From a virus (Duplodnaviria; Caudoviricetes): a DNA stretch of 64,000 nucleotides. Positions 36,387 to 46,876 of the stretch are shown piece by piece. A program made the position numbers and the translations under genes. The DNA lies in IMG/VR virus record IMGVR_UViG_3300013936_000026, positions 1,813-65,812 of that record; one strand, given 5' to 3'. The stretch's first letter is position 1; every line of letters starts with the position of its first letter. A model generated the notes under the pieces. The model saw only the letters and a list, made by a program, of their open reading frames with translations. It made no database searches and was not told the origin of the DNA.

Positions 36387-37395
36387 AAAGTATATAACCT
36401 TCTTTACCTTCTTTAATCCACTTTGCAACTTTAAGTTGATTCTTTCTTTCTGCAATCTCTTTAGGAGTGAGTTCTCCAAGTTTAGAAGAAAATGCTACAA
36501 AAGTTTTGACATCATTTAATGTAAAGATACAAGACTTCCATGTTTCTTGTGTCTCTTTATTTATAAATGAGCCTACTTGCATTTTACCATGCTCTCTTGC
36601 AAAGTCTAGTAAAGACCATATTTGAACTGTTGTAAATGATTTAGATAAATCTTTTTTCTTTTTTAGAGTATTTGGTATAGATATTTCTCCTTCCTTATAA
36701 TAAAGAGAAGGAATTTTATCTTCATATTTACCTTTCATTTTATCTATATACCATCCTTCTTTACCATATTTAATGGTGTCAATATGATGCCATTTTATAG
36801 AGTTAATTAAATCTTCTACTACTTCTTTTATAAAAGAATTATAATTTTTTATAATCATTTCCTTTGTTATACCATATTCTATGTATGTTTTCATTCCACC
36901 AGTAGAAAATGAACTATTTATATGCATCCTACCATCCCTAAAAAAGGGCAAGCACCATTCATCTCCAAATCCAAAAACTAAAGAAGCATTATAGTTCTTA
37001 TTATAGCCTGAATAATTTCTCCATCCATAAATAACTATATATTGAAATTGTTCCATTTCTGATGGCATAAATAAAGTTAATCCAGTTGCTGTTTTAAATT
37101 GTCTACAAACAGCAACTAAATCTGCATTCTTTCTATATACAAGCATAAACCTTACTACTTTACCATAATTATAAGTAAGATTACAATTTGAATTTATACT
37201 TCTAGAAGTTAGAAATTTATCTTCAATCCAGATGTTACTATCTGCCATACATACATATCCATAATCTTTCAAGAAGTTAAAGAATTTTGGATAAGCTTTC
37301 TCTATTTCCTTAACTTCATTCTTATACATGAATGCTGCTTTTATAATATTAAATAATCCCATAACGATTGAAATGTTTGTTTCTGTCCAAGACAT
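36379..37395 (-). CDS. AT-rich accessory protein with C-terminal copy of the paralog A/B domain
   Basis: IWSLLDFAREHGKMQVGSFINKETQETWKSCIFT...FVAFSSKLGELTPKEIA at the C-terminus. Confidence 0.7.
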   Translation of the reverse strand: MSWTETNISIVMGLFNIIKAAFMYKNEVKEIEKAYPKFFNFLKDYGYVCMADSNIWIEDKFLTSRSINSNCNLTYNYGKVVRFMLVYRKNADLVAVCRQFKTATGLTLFMPSEMEQFQYIVIYGWRNYSGYNKNYNASLVFGFGDEWCLPFFRDGRMHINSSFSTGGMKTYIEYGITKEMIIKNYNSFIKEVVEDLINSIKWHHIDTIKYGKEGWYIDKMKGKYEDKIPSLYYKEGEISIPNTLKKKKDLSKSFTTVQIWSLLDFAREHGKMQVGSFINKETQETWKSCIFTLNDVKTFVAFSSKLGELTPKEIAERKNQLKVAKWIKEGKEGYILYE

Positions 37396-37622
37396 TAAGC
37401 CTCAGTATCTATATTATTATATATTTTGATAACGGACTATATTATTTTATATTGTACTATAGGAAAAATATTTTTCAGCAAGTAGTTCTGCTTTAAAATT
37501 TGAGATGCAAATTTCATATAGGCTTACTTAATTATCTACTTAACTCCAATAACATTAACCCTAAATCTCTCTTATATATCTAAGCAAATCATTAAATTTG
37601 CAGAAATTAAAAATGAATAGAT

Positions 37623-40600
37623 ATGCAAAGAAGAGGATTACAAGGGTTGAGAGGACTAAAAGGTTTAAATACATTGTCTCCAGAGGAAAGAGATGCTTTC
37701 ATGGAAGCTAATGCTAGTAAGCTTGATATGTATCATAGTGCTAGAAATAGAAACCAGGCAGCCAACATATTATATATGAACCAGAAGTATATCAATACTT
37801 TTGGATTAAATGACTTTAACCTCAACAATGATGGTACAGAGGATTCCTTTAACTTCAGAAATAAGAAGACAGAGTTTAAACTTGTTACTGATGCTTTCAA
37901 AAATATCTTTGGTAAGGATGATAACTTTAATGAGTTAGCTACTTATCTTGATGTTGATGGTATGTATGACTTACTTAACAATCAGGAGTATCTTACCTCT
38001 GGTGAGTTGAAGCATAAACTAGCTTCTAATATACAGACTTATAAGAATAACCAAAGGAAGTATAACAACTACCAAAGTGGTTATTATGGTCAAGGTGCCA
38101 TGGGTATAGGACTTATGCAGATGGGGGAGGCAGTGGCTCCTTATGAAGAAGATAAAAAGGACAGGCAAAGAAACAAGGAAATCCTTGATAAGTTGAAGGC
38201 TGAGTCCCAGAAAAGAAGGGAAGAGGAAATACAGGATGATGCTGACATCATATACTCCAATCTCCTTCAAGCAGATGATAGTGGCAAACAAAGCTTGGCA
38301 AGATCTCTCAAGGACTTTGAGAAGATAGCTAATGCCTATGGTCATTACTCACAATTCAAGAACTCCAAGTGGTTGAGGGACTATAGTGAGGAGGATAAGT
38401 TGAAGGATTACTCCAAGTATCTTGCCTTGAGGCAGAAGTATGGTAGTGTTGTTGCACAGAACTATCTTGAAAGAGACATACAGAATAGAGTTGCTGATGC
38501 ACAGGATGGTAAGTTTACAGGCAATACCTTGAAGGGAGTGCTCACTACTGTTTGGTCAGACCTTGGTTCTAACATTGCTCTGTTTGCCAATGCAAAGAAT
38601 ATGCTTGATGCCAACAGGATGGCTATAGTTAACCAAGGTAAAGACCCTGACCAACCTATCTATGACAAGAAGGGCAATATCATTGACTATAAAGATAATG
38701 ATAATATATGGACTAACCCTGCCTATTGGAACAATGTATATAAGTACAATACCTTCTCTCCTACAAACATCAAGGCTATTGAAGAGAAGGGAGGTATATC
38801 TCCTGATGTAAATGTCAGAGCTTATGGATATACTCCAGACTTCTTCTCATGGGACACTGTAGAGGAAGGATTCAAGCAGAGTGGTCATGTCATAGCAGGT
38901 ATTATAGAGACAGGGCTTACAGGTAGTATTGGAAAGGCTGTAGGATTGGGAGGCAAGGCTGCACTCAAAGGTTTAGGTCTCTCGGCAAAGGCTATGCAGA
39001 CAGCATCAAAGGTAGGAGCTGTAACCAATGACATTCTTGTAGGTGCTACCACAGGTCTTGAGGGTTCTCAGCTTGAGGCAATGGGTACATTTGATGACCA
39101 ACTGCAAAGTGCCAAGGAGAAAATCAATGCAGAGATTGAAAGAGATCTTGCTAACTATCAACAGTCAATCAATTACAATAGTAAGGAGGCTAAGGCAGGT
39201 ATCAATGCTTTCTATAACCAGTTAAAGGCTAAGGACAATAGGAGAGTGGCATTAGGTAATACTAGGGAGGGAGCAAAGGCATTTCCTCTTAGTGATGCTA
39301 CCTTGAAGGCACAGGCAAAGCAACTATATACCAATCAACTCTTAGGTGCAAAGCAAAAGGAACTCCAAGAAATACATAAGAAAGATGAGATGGAGGCTGC
39401 CAGGACTGCAACCAAGGCTTACATGACTAATTTTCTTATGGACTATGTGAAGAACATTCCTCTTACTACTGCCATTCAGAAATTTAAGATCGCCAAAGGT
39501 TCCATGAGAGGTGCCTTTGACAATACCATAGACAAGAACATTATAGCTGATGCTGAGAGTGGTGGGGTGAAGAGAATACTTGATAAGAAGGGTAATGCCA
39601 TTAAGTTTACTTCTAGCAAGAAGTTGGCAAAGGAAATAGGCAAGCAGTTTGCTGGAGGTTTCATGGATGAGTATCTTGATGGTATCAATGCTTCCTTTGC
39701 AGGAGGTGTAGGCAATAATGTCTTTGATAACTACATCAGGAAGAACTATGACCCTAAGGCTTATGATTCCACTATGGACTCTGTATTAGGTAATCTTGTG
39801 AGTGGTATGTCTGAGGGTGTGGATGGTCTTACTGACAGGGAGAATCTCTATGAGGGTTTCATAGGTATGATTTCACCTGCTGCCACAACCACAGTGAATG
39901 TCAATGCTATTCCCCATCTTAAGTCAACATGGAATGCAGTACTTAGTGGTAAGGATGAGTCTGGCAATAAAATTAACTATGCTGAGAGAGTCAACAAGTT
40001 ATTGATGAATCCTTTGCTTAATACCTATGTAGAAGCCAAGGAGAAAGACAGAAGGGTTGATGATACAGTGAATGCCATCAATACCATTATCTCTGCAAAT
40101 AAGGATAAGCTAAATACTGCTGCAAAGATAGTGTCAGTGCTTGACAACTACAATACTCCTCTTGATGGAACTAACTCTATGAACATCCTTGACTCAAAGG
40201 ACAACAAACTCTACAATGCCTTTACCTTGATAAATGCCTTGAATGGCTTGGAGAACATTGGTGGAAACAAGAGTCAACTTTACAAGGATGCCATGAAGAC
40301 TATCCAGGGTCTTGCTGATGGTTCTCTTACCAAGGATGAGATGGATGCAGAGGTGGATAGATTTCTTGCAGATCCTGACAACAAGTCTATTCTTGATGAG
40401 AGTGACAAAGGTAAGGAGACTGCTGCCAAGAAGTTACAGGAGAATGCCAAGTACTTCATGCACTTGAAGGACAGGATGGATGAGATTTCATCTCTATTTG
40501 CAAGCAGTCCTAGCCTAAAGAATGATTCTCCTGCTGTCAAGTCTTTCCTTATGTACAATACTGTAGCCAGTGAGGACTATCAAAGAAGGTTGGAATCAAT

Positions 40601-43600
40601 AGAGAATGAACTTGGTCTTAGTCACTCAGACACTGATACTCCATTTATTCCTGATTATAATCTTAGGTATGGCACAGACCAAGCTAAGAAAAAGGCTATC
40701 ACTGCTAGAGAAAGAGAGATAGCCAAGCTGGATGATGAGTTGGAGAAACTCAAGAACAGCAACTCCTATAATGAGAAGAAGATAAAGTTATGGAAGGGAC
40801 AATCAAACATAGCTTATGATGACAAAGTAGAAGCAGAACTGAAAGATAAGATAAAGAAGAGTAAGACACTCATTGACTCTCAGAAATTTCAAATGAAAAC
40901 ACTGGAGGAGGAGAAGAGAAAGCTTCAAGATGAGAAGGATGAGATTGAGAAAGTTGAGACTCATAAAGGCATTACTAAGTTATTCCTTGATAACAAGGAC
41001 TTGGTAAATTATGATGTAAGAGATATTGCTTATGTCTTTGACAAGGATAACCAAGGTAATTTCTCCAAAGGTAGGAAGGCTGTCATTGACAGCATCAAGG
41101 CTTCTCTTGAACAGAAAGACCCTGAGGCTATGAGGAAGATAAAGGATGCTGCCACTCTTGCCAATAGAATAGAGGACTTAAAGACTACCTATAATAGAAT
41201 AAATGCAAATAGTGACCTTGCATCAAGATACTTTGAGGCTGCTGAGGAAGCTAGAAACAGGGCTGCATTTGGTGAGGCAATACAAAGAGAGATAAAAGAG
41301 AGGTATGGAAGATTGGAAAGTGCATACCTTGACAGGGAAGAACATCCTGAATCACTTAAGAATGAAGCCTTGAATGTTCATGCGGAAACCCTAGCATCAT
41401 ACATGGAAGACCATCCTCAGCAGAAGGATACACTCAAACCTTACTATGATATGGTTAAGTATGGTGAGGATATAGCTTCTTTTATGAGATTAGAGGACTA
41501 TCCAGATGATTTGAGAAATAACTTAGCTAGAGGTCTTGGCTTGACTCAGATGGCTTCTGACAATCTCAAGGAATGGAAAAATAAACTTGAGGAACTTATA
41601 GATGACCCTAAGACTGACCCTAAGATTGTCAATGCCTTGGAGAATATCCTCAGTAATATGGAGAGAGTAGGCTACTCCAGGGATGCAACCATCATTGAGA
41701 ATAGAAAACAAAGGCTCAAGAGGGAAGCAGAGGAAACTAAGAAGAGAGAGGAAGAACAGAAGAAAAAGGAAGAAGAGGCTAAGAAGGCTGCTGAGAAGAA
41801 AGTAGAGGAATCTACTGACAGTTCTACACAAAAGAATACAGAAGGTGTTGAAGTAACAGGGGTTCCAACTAATGAAAATCTTAGTAAACAGAGTTTGGAG
41901 GATGTACCTTGGAATGTGGAAGAAAACACTACTACAAATGAAGCAAAATCCCAACCAAATACTATAGATAATGAAGACTTGCATCAAATACCTGATGGAC
42001 AATGGAATGCCAAGAAACTTCTTGATGATGACTATAAGGGTGGTGCTGTTGACATGGGTGAGATGTACTATGGTTCTGCTGAGAATCTTAAGAAGGGTAG
42101 GTTCATTGTAACAAGGGTAGATGACAATAGTGACAATGAAGGAAGGAATACTACTGAGACTGGAGATAAGATTACTTTCTCCATTGATAATAACAAGGAA
42201 TCACTTTACATCTCCCCAGAAGACTATGAAACTGTCACTGATGAACAGAAAAACAAGAAAAATGAGTTGTTTATTGCAGATTCTCTACAGAAAATAGATG
42301 GAGATTGGTATTTTAATGGTACCTTTGCAAATGACAAACAACAAACACAAGTGAAGGTAAGTAAGAACTTTGACATAGACAAGGCTATAGAGGAACAGCA
42401 GGAAGCTAGAAAGGTAGCTCTTGCTGACATTTCCATAATGACTAATGACAAGCACATCCTTGATGAAGGTGATCATGTCATTGTGAAATCTGAGAGCATT
42501 GATGAACAGATGGAAGGCCTCCCTACTACTGATAGGGAAGTACATACATCTGATGTCAATGAGGATGTTGACAATCTCAATAGCTTAGGCGAGGAGAACA
42601 TAGAATCCAGCAGTACCCTCAGTGGTAATGCCATGAGTAGATACAAGATGGAACCTTTGGTAAGTAAAGGTAGAATAGAGTTAAAGAAGGGTGTCAAGGC
42701 TAATGATGAAATGAATAAGTTCTATGCTTGGATGAAAGCAGAGGGAATCAATCTACAGAACATCATTGACCATGAGCTTGCAAGAATCATTCAGAACAAT
42801 CCTCATGCAAAGGTGAAGTTCTTGGTAGTTAATCCTAAGGATAATGCTACCCATGACAATGTTATGAAAAATCATTTGTTGTTGGTTCTTGACTATGACA
42901 ACAAGATAAACAAGGGTATCACAGGCATCCACAATGATGCCAATGGTGGAGTCATAGACTTCAATGGTAAGAAGTATCTCACAATAGGTGTAGCAGGATA
43001 TGGTGCCAATAATCCTGACATGAGGGTTTCTTGGTATAGAATATGGAATAGAAATACTTCTGAAAGTACACCTAGCCCTATAAGAGGCTTAGGATTGATT
43101 ATACCAGAGAGAACCAAGTATCTAAGGAAGCATCCTAATGACAGGTTCTATGTTGCTGAGGACTATACTACTGAAATTGTTCCTAAGTCACAGATTCCTG
43201 GATATATAGTAAGACAGGGAGTGAATGACGAAGGTACTCCATATAGAAGTGTAAAGGAACTTCTGTCTGACAAGGAAAGGAATCCTATGAATTATAGGTT
43301 TGAAGACCTTGCATGGGGCATACAGGAGTTAAGTCAGTTCTTGGTGGTAGGTACTTCCATTGACAATGTGATGGTTCCTAGGAATGTTGCAGGTAACTTA
43401 GGTAGTGCTTTTGTGCTTATGCCAGCAAGCAATGGCAGGATGGTTCCATCATACTTGAAGGTATTGAAATATGCTGAGATGAATGATGGAACATTGAAGA
43501 ATAGAATCAATGACTTGCTTCAACAGGTTGTTGCTCCAGACTATCAGACCAGGTTAAAGGCTGCCATTGAACTCAGTACTATCTTCCACATGAATAAGGA

Positions 43601-44732
43601 TGGTGATTTCCTATTGTTCAGAAAGCATAAGAATGAGGTATCTCTTACCCATGATGGAAAAATAGAGAAGACCTTTGTCTTGGATAGTAACTTTGACAGA
43701 GGAGAGTTCATGAGAGCCTTTGAGGACATGAACCCTAGAATCAATATCACTGCTAGGGTACTTGGTAGCCAAGATTTACTCAATGAGTATGATGAGGCAG
43801 GTGCCTTGCAGACTGATGCAGCCATGTTTGGTACAGCAGGAAGTTCCTATAGTATTTATGCCCTTGATAAGGATGGTAAGATGATTATCCCTGCAACTCC
43901 TGTAAACACTGTCACTACTACTGATGAAAATAGTGAGTGGAGAAATACCAACAGAAGACAGCTTATCTTCAATCAAAGGTACTATACCTATAGTCCAGAT
44001 AATGCTGATATATTCTATCTTGATGGTACCATGGTCACTGATGATAAGAAAGTAAGTCAGCTAAAGCGCATTAGGCAGATACTTGATGGTGACTTTCTTC
44101 CTGCAACTAGCAAAGATGTATGGGATTACTATGTATTGGATTCCTCGGAGAAACCTGTAGCCATCAAGGTAAACAGAAATACCAAGGAAGTGAAGGAGGC
44201 TACTGAGGAACAGGCAAAGGCTCTCATTAAGAAACTTGCAGAGGAAGAAGCCAAGAAACAAAGGGAAGAAGCAGCACAGAACTCTGTCAAGAAAGAAAGT
44301 AAAGTAAAGTCCAATGATGTAGAGGAAGTAACCTTGGAGGATATTAATGATACAGGTGTTACAATAGATCCTAATACTGGAGAGACAATCACTGTAGATT
44401 CTGAGACTTCTGGGGAAGCTAAACCTAAGGAAGAAAGTACTGTTGTGTTTGGAGGTTATAGTAACTCTAAGGAGGAAGATACTAAGGAAATAACAACTGT
44501 TCCCAAGAGTAAGGAAACTATGGAATCCTCACAGACATTCAATAAGATTATTGGTAATAAGAAATATAGACTGTCATTGCAGAAACTTATCAAGAACAAG
44601 TGGAAAGATGCTCCTTCAGATTCTAAGGAATGGGAGAAGTTCCTAAGAGATAAGAATGTAGAGATTGACAATATAGGTTCCACAAAGGAAGAGATTGAGA
44701 CTTGGATAAAGACTATAGAAGATTGTAGGTAA
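37623..44732 (+). CDS. Giant virion-associated (ejected) protein, 2369 aa
   Basis: Size, coiled-coil and low-complexity tracts, position after cargo genes; promoter motif taaatttg at 37593-37600; no convincing RNA polymerase motif. Confidence 0.65.
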   Translation: MQRRGLQGLRGLKGLNTLSPEERDAFMEANASKLDMYHSARNRNQAANILYMNQKYINTFGLNDFNLNNDGTEDSFNFRNKKTEFKLVTDAFKNIFGKDDNFNELATYLDVDGMYDLLNNQEYLTSGELKHKLASNIQTYKNNQRKYNNYQSGYYGQGAMGIGLMQMGEAVAPYEEDKKDRQRNKEILDKLKAESQKRREEEIQDDADIIYSNLLQADDSGKQSLARSLKDFEKIANAYGHYSQFKNSKWLRDYSEEDKLKDYSKYLALRQKYGSVVAQNYLERDIQNRVADAQDGKFTGNTLKGVLTTVWSDLGSNIALFANAKNMLDANRMAIVNQGKDPDQPIYDKKGNIIDYKDNDNIWTNPAYWNNVYKYNTFSPTNIKAIEEKGGISPDVNVRAYGYTPDFFSWDTVEEGFKQSGHVIAGIIETGLTGSIGKAVGLGGKAALKGLGLSAKAMQTASKVGAVTNDILVGATTGLEGSQLEAMGTFDDQLQSAKEKINAEIERDLANYQQSINYNSKEAKAGINAFYNQLKAKDNRRVALGNTREGAKAFPLSDATLKAQAKQLYTNQLLGAKQKELQEIHKKDEMEAARTATKAYMTNFLMDYVKNIPLTTAIQKFKIAKGSMRGAFDNTIDKNIIADAESGGVKRILDKKGNAIKFTSSKKLAKEIGKQFAGGFMDEYLDGINASFAGGVGNNVFDNYIRKNYDPKAYDSTMDSVLGNLVSGMSEGVDGLTDRENLYEGFIGMISPAATTTVNVNAIPHLKSTWNAVLSGKDESGNKINYAERVNKLLMNPLLNTYVEAKEKDRRVDDTVNAINTIISANKDKLNTAAKIVSVLDNYNTPLDGTNSMNILDSKDNKLYNAFTLINALNGLENIGGNKSQLYKDAMKTIQGLADGSLTKDEMDAEVDRFLADPDNKSILDESDKGKETAAKKLQENAKYFMHLKDRMDEISSLFASSPSLKNDSPAVKSFLMYNTVASEDYQRRLESIENELGLSHSDTDTPFIPDYNLRYGTDQAKKKAITAREREIAKLDDELEKLKNSNSYNEKKIKLWKGQSNIAYDDKVEAELKDKIKKSKTLIDSQKFQMKTLEEEKRKLQDEKDEIEKVETHKGITKLFLDNKDLVNYDVRDIAYVFDKDNQGNFSKGRKAVIDSIKASLEQKDPEAMRKIKDAATLANRIEDLKTTYNRINANSDLASRYFEAAEEARNRAAFGEAIQREIKERYGRLESAYLDREEHPESLKNEALNVHAETLASYMEDHPQQKDTLKPYYDMVKYGEDIASFMRLEDYPDDLRNNLARGLGLTQMASDNLKEWKNKLEELIDDPKTDPKIVNALENILSNMERVGYSRDATIIENRKQRLKREAEETKKREEEQKKKEEEAKKAAEKKVEESTDSSTQKNTEGVEVTGVPTNENLSKQSLEDVPWNVEENTTTNEAKSQPNTIDNEDLHQIPDGQWNAKKLLDDDYKGGAVDMGEMYYGSAENLKKGRFIVTRVDDNSDNEGRNTTETGDKITFSIDNNKESLYISPEDYETVTDEQKNKKNELFIADSLQKIDGDWYFNGTFANDKQQTQVKVSKNFDIDKAIEEQQEARKVALADISIMTNDKHILDEGDHVIVKSESIDEQMEGLPTTDREVHTSDVNEDVDNLNSLGEENIESSSTLSGNAMSRYKMEPLVSKGRIELKKGVKANDEMNKFYAWMKAEGINLQNIIDHELARIIQNNPHAKVKFLVVNPKDNATHDNVMKNHLLLVLDYDNKINKGITGIHNDANGGVIDFNGKKYLTIGVAGYGANNPDMRVSWYRIWNRNTSESTPSPIRGLGLIIPERTKYLRKHPNDRFYVAEDYTTEIVPKSQIPGYIVRQGVNDEGTPYRSVKELLSDKERNPMNYRFEDLAWGIQELSQFLVVGTSIDNVMVPRNVAGNLGSAFVLMPASNGRMVPSYLKVLKYAEMNDGTLKNRINDLLQQVVAPDYQTRLKAAIELSTIFHMNKDGDFLLFRKHKNEVSLTHDGKIEKTFVLDSNFDRGEFMRAFEDMNPRINITARVLGSQDLLNEYDEAGALQTDAAMFGTAGSSYSIYALDKDGKMIIPATPVNTVTTTDENSEWRNTNRRQLIFNQRYYTYSPDNADIFYLDGTMVTDDKKVSQLKRIRQILDGDFLPATSKDVWDYYVLDSSEKPVAIKVNRNTKEVKEATEEQAKALIKKLAEEEAKKQREEAAQNSVKKESKVKSNDVEEVTLEDINDTGVTIDPNTGETITVDSETSGEAKPKEESTVVFGGYSNSKEEDTKEITTVPKSKETMESSQTFNKIIGNKKYRLSLQKLIKNKWKDAPSDSKEWEKFLRDKNVEIDNIGSTKEEIETWIKTIEDCR

Positions 44733-44763
44733 TTGTAGATTTAACTGTTTAATAATTAAGATT

Positions 44764-44802
44764 ATGGCATGTAAGAAAGGTGGAGGCAGAAAGAAAAAAT
44801 AA
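44764..44802 (+). CDS. 12-aa basic micro-ORF MACKKGGGRKKK
   Basis: ATG after an AT-rich leader, TAA at 44800-44802, followed by a terminator. Confidence 0.4.
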   Translation: MACKKGGGRKKK

Positions 44803-44818
44803 GCCTCAGAGATTGGTT

Positions 44819-44850
44819 AAGGAGTAATCAGAAATGGTTACTCCTTTTTA
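44819..44850 (+). terminator. Rho-independent terminator ending the crAss-like structural unit
   Basis: aaggagtaat-cagaa-atggttactcctt followed by a T run. Confidence 0.7.
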
Positions 44851-44933
44851 TTTGTTTTAACTTGTATAAGTACTTTTTTAAGTTAAAGACCTTTTATTAT
44901 TAATGTTATTACTTTTGCAAAAAAGTAATAATT

Positions 44934-45629
44934 ATGAGTACAGAAAAAAAATACTTAGGAGAATCTGCTCTTATAGACAAGCCAAAGAAGAAACTTAATT
45001 TTCAACTTGTAGATAAAGCTGTGACTAAGGATAAACTAGCAGATAATTCTGTTTCTACAGATAAGATTGTTGACAAGGCAGTATCAAAGGAAAAGCTTGC
45101 TGATACTATTGCAGAAACATTAGATTCTGTTGATTCAAAGTTCAACAAGAGCAATGTTGTCCAAGAAACAGGCTATTCAGAGGAGGATGTAATGAGCCAA
45201 AAGGCTGTTACAGAAGAGCTAGACAGTATCCATGATACTACAGACAACATAATTTCTGTACTGGTAAAGAATGGTTTTATCGTTGATATTAACTCCTCTA
45301 GAGGTTGGACTTTCAAGTTGTCAAACATTACCCAGACAAGAGCTGATGGAACTTATGCTGCATTCACAACATTGTCAGTTGGAGCCAAATGGTATGTGAA
45401 CAATGTAACAGATAAAATCACTAATATCAAATGGACTCGTGATAGTGGCAACAAAGAGGCAGATGAGTTATGGAATAAGGCTCATGAGAATAGTAAGCTT
45501 TCCATACCAATATCTTTTGAGGACCTTGGAGAGGAATGCTATCAAATAGGTCATGTTAACTTTACTTGTGAAGCTGAATATGACGCAAATGGTGAATGGC
45601 AGAAGACTCAGAAAACTGTAACTTTTTAA
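44934..45629 (+). CDS. Tail-fibre-associated protein, possibly chimeric
   Basis: N-terminal 10-aa repeats (DKAVTKDKLA, DNSVSTDKIV, DKAVSKEKLA) and VMSQKAVT motif; C-terminal KWTRDSGN..AD..W motif; promoter tacttttg at 44910-44917. Confidence 0.55.
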   Translation: MSTEKKYLGESALIDKPKKKLNFQLVDKAVTKDKLADNSVSTDKIVDKAVSKEKLADTIAETLDSVDSKFNKSNVVQETGYSEEDVMSQKAVTEELDSIHDTTDNIISVLVKNGFIVDINSSRGWTFKLSNITQTRADGTYAAFTTLSVGAKWYVNNVTDKITNIKWTRDSGNKEADELWNKAHENSKLSIPISFEDLGEECYQIGHVNFTCEAEYDANGEWQKTQKTVTF

Positions 45630-45640
45630 GCTTAGTAGAT

Positions 45641-46858
45641 ATGGCAAACAATATATTAGCACAAACAGACTTACGTCAGATAGACATTCAGCCGATTGGT
45701 TATCATCAGTGTTGTAACATGATAGTGAGAACCAACACGGTGAATCGTCAAACTTATGACGCAGTCACAAATCTCTTCACGCCAGACTATAGCAAGTCTA
45801 ACTTGGTGGTGTTCCCAGAATGCCAGCTCATAGACCCTGATAGCCCGGTGTCTTCTATCATGGTGAATGCAACATTGGCTTCATTCAGATGGTTGGAGGT
45901 TACATCCTCAGGACAGACGGAGATCGCTACACAGAATGGTAGCACCAAGGAAGGCTATCAAGTTGTGGTGTCTGGTGATAGCAAGGGACAGATAACGGTC
46001 AGTTCCAATGCTGTCATTGGTATTAGGCGAACCCTTCGCTTTATTGGTGTGTGGAAAGAGGCAGTGAGTGGTTACACTTATCGTTTCCTCAAAGACATTC
46101 CTTTGGTATTGGAGGATGTGACTGATGCCAGGGCTTCGATTACCTTGGATATGCCTAACACTGACAGGTGGAATCCCTTCCGTCAGCAGTCTAGCAGAAC
46201 TATCAATGCTCTTGTGATGGTTGGCTCATACAAGATGACGGAGGACAGTAAGGTGAAGCTTTTCTGGTACCGTGTGATGAATGACAAAACCAAGACTCTT
46301 ATTAATGGTGAGGACGATGAGGAGAACTGGGAAATTAGTTCTGTCACAAAGGGCAAGAATGGACAAATAACATCAATCACTGTTGACCGAGACAAAATGG
46401 GTGATGGCATTTCCTATGAGGTAAGATGCGCCTATAGAATTGATGGGAAATTACCTTCTGAGCCTGAGGCTGGTGACCCTATAGCAACCACTAGTTTGGT
46501 GAGATGCTTCCCTGCCATCAAGGCAATGTTCACCAACTCCAATGCAAGGGTGTCAGGTAAGACAAATGTATTTCTGAAAGCTATTGTTTCTGATACGCAA
46601 GGCGAGATACCTAACTGGGAAAACATTGCTTTTGCACAATGGTATTTATGTACATCTGCAAAGAATGATGATGGTACAGTATCTACCAACAGAACATTAC
46701 TGGGAACTGGCAAGGAAATATCCGTTGAGGCTGATGCCGTGAAGTTCATACAGCTTGATATTTGTGACCGTGGTGCAACTACAGCCATGGTGGATGACGA
46801 GGGTAGCTATCTTGTGGATGATGATGCTCGCCTCATTGAGAAACCTGTGATTGTTTAA
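45641..46858 (+). CDS. Tail-module protein of Bacteroidales phage type
   Basis: Beta-rich; QTYDA..FTPDY motif; start MANN at 45641. Confidence 0.55.
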   Translation: MANNILAQTDLRQIDIQPIGYHQCCNMIVRTNTVNRQTYDAVTNLFTPDYSKSNLVVFPECQLIDPDSPVSSIMVNATLASFRWLEVTSSGQTEIATQNGSTKEGYQVVVSGDSKGQITVSSNAVIGIRRTLRFIGVWKEAVSGYTYRFLKDIPLVLEDVTDARASITLDMPNTDRWNPFRQQSSRTINALVMVGSYKMTEDSKVKLFWYRVMNDKTKTLINGEDDEENWEISSVTKGKNGQITSITVDRDKMGDGISYEVRCAYRIDGKLPSEPEAGDPIATTSLVRCFPAIKAMFTNSNARVSGKTNVFLKAIVSDTQGEIPNWENIAFAQWYLCTSAKNDDGTVSTNRTLLGTGKEISVEADAVKFIQLDICDRGATTAMVDDEGSYLVDDDARLIEKPVIV

Positions 46859-46876
46859 TCTATAAAATATTCGAAT

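Noticed and set aside
42366-42383. NFDIDK in the 2369-aa protein resembles the crAss RNAP catalytic DFDIDK
   Set aside because: The first Asp is Asn and the context is a charged linker with no other RNAP motif; likely chance
1-44732. Stop-codon reassignment (TAG to Gln), known in some crAss-like phages
   Set aside because: Long genes are intact under the standard code, and TAG ends genes that abut the next start (e.g. 11740, 48269)
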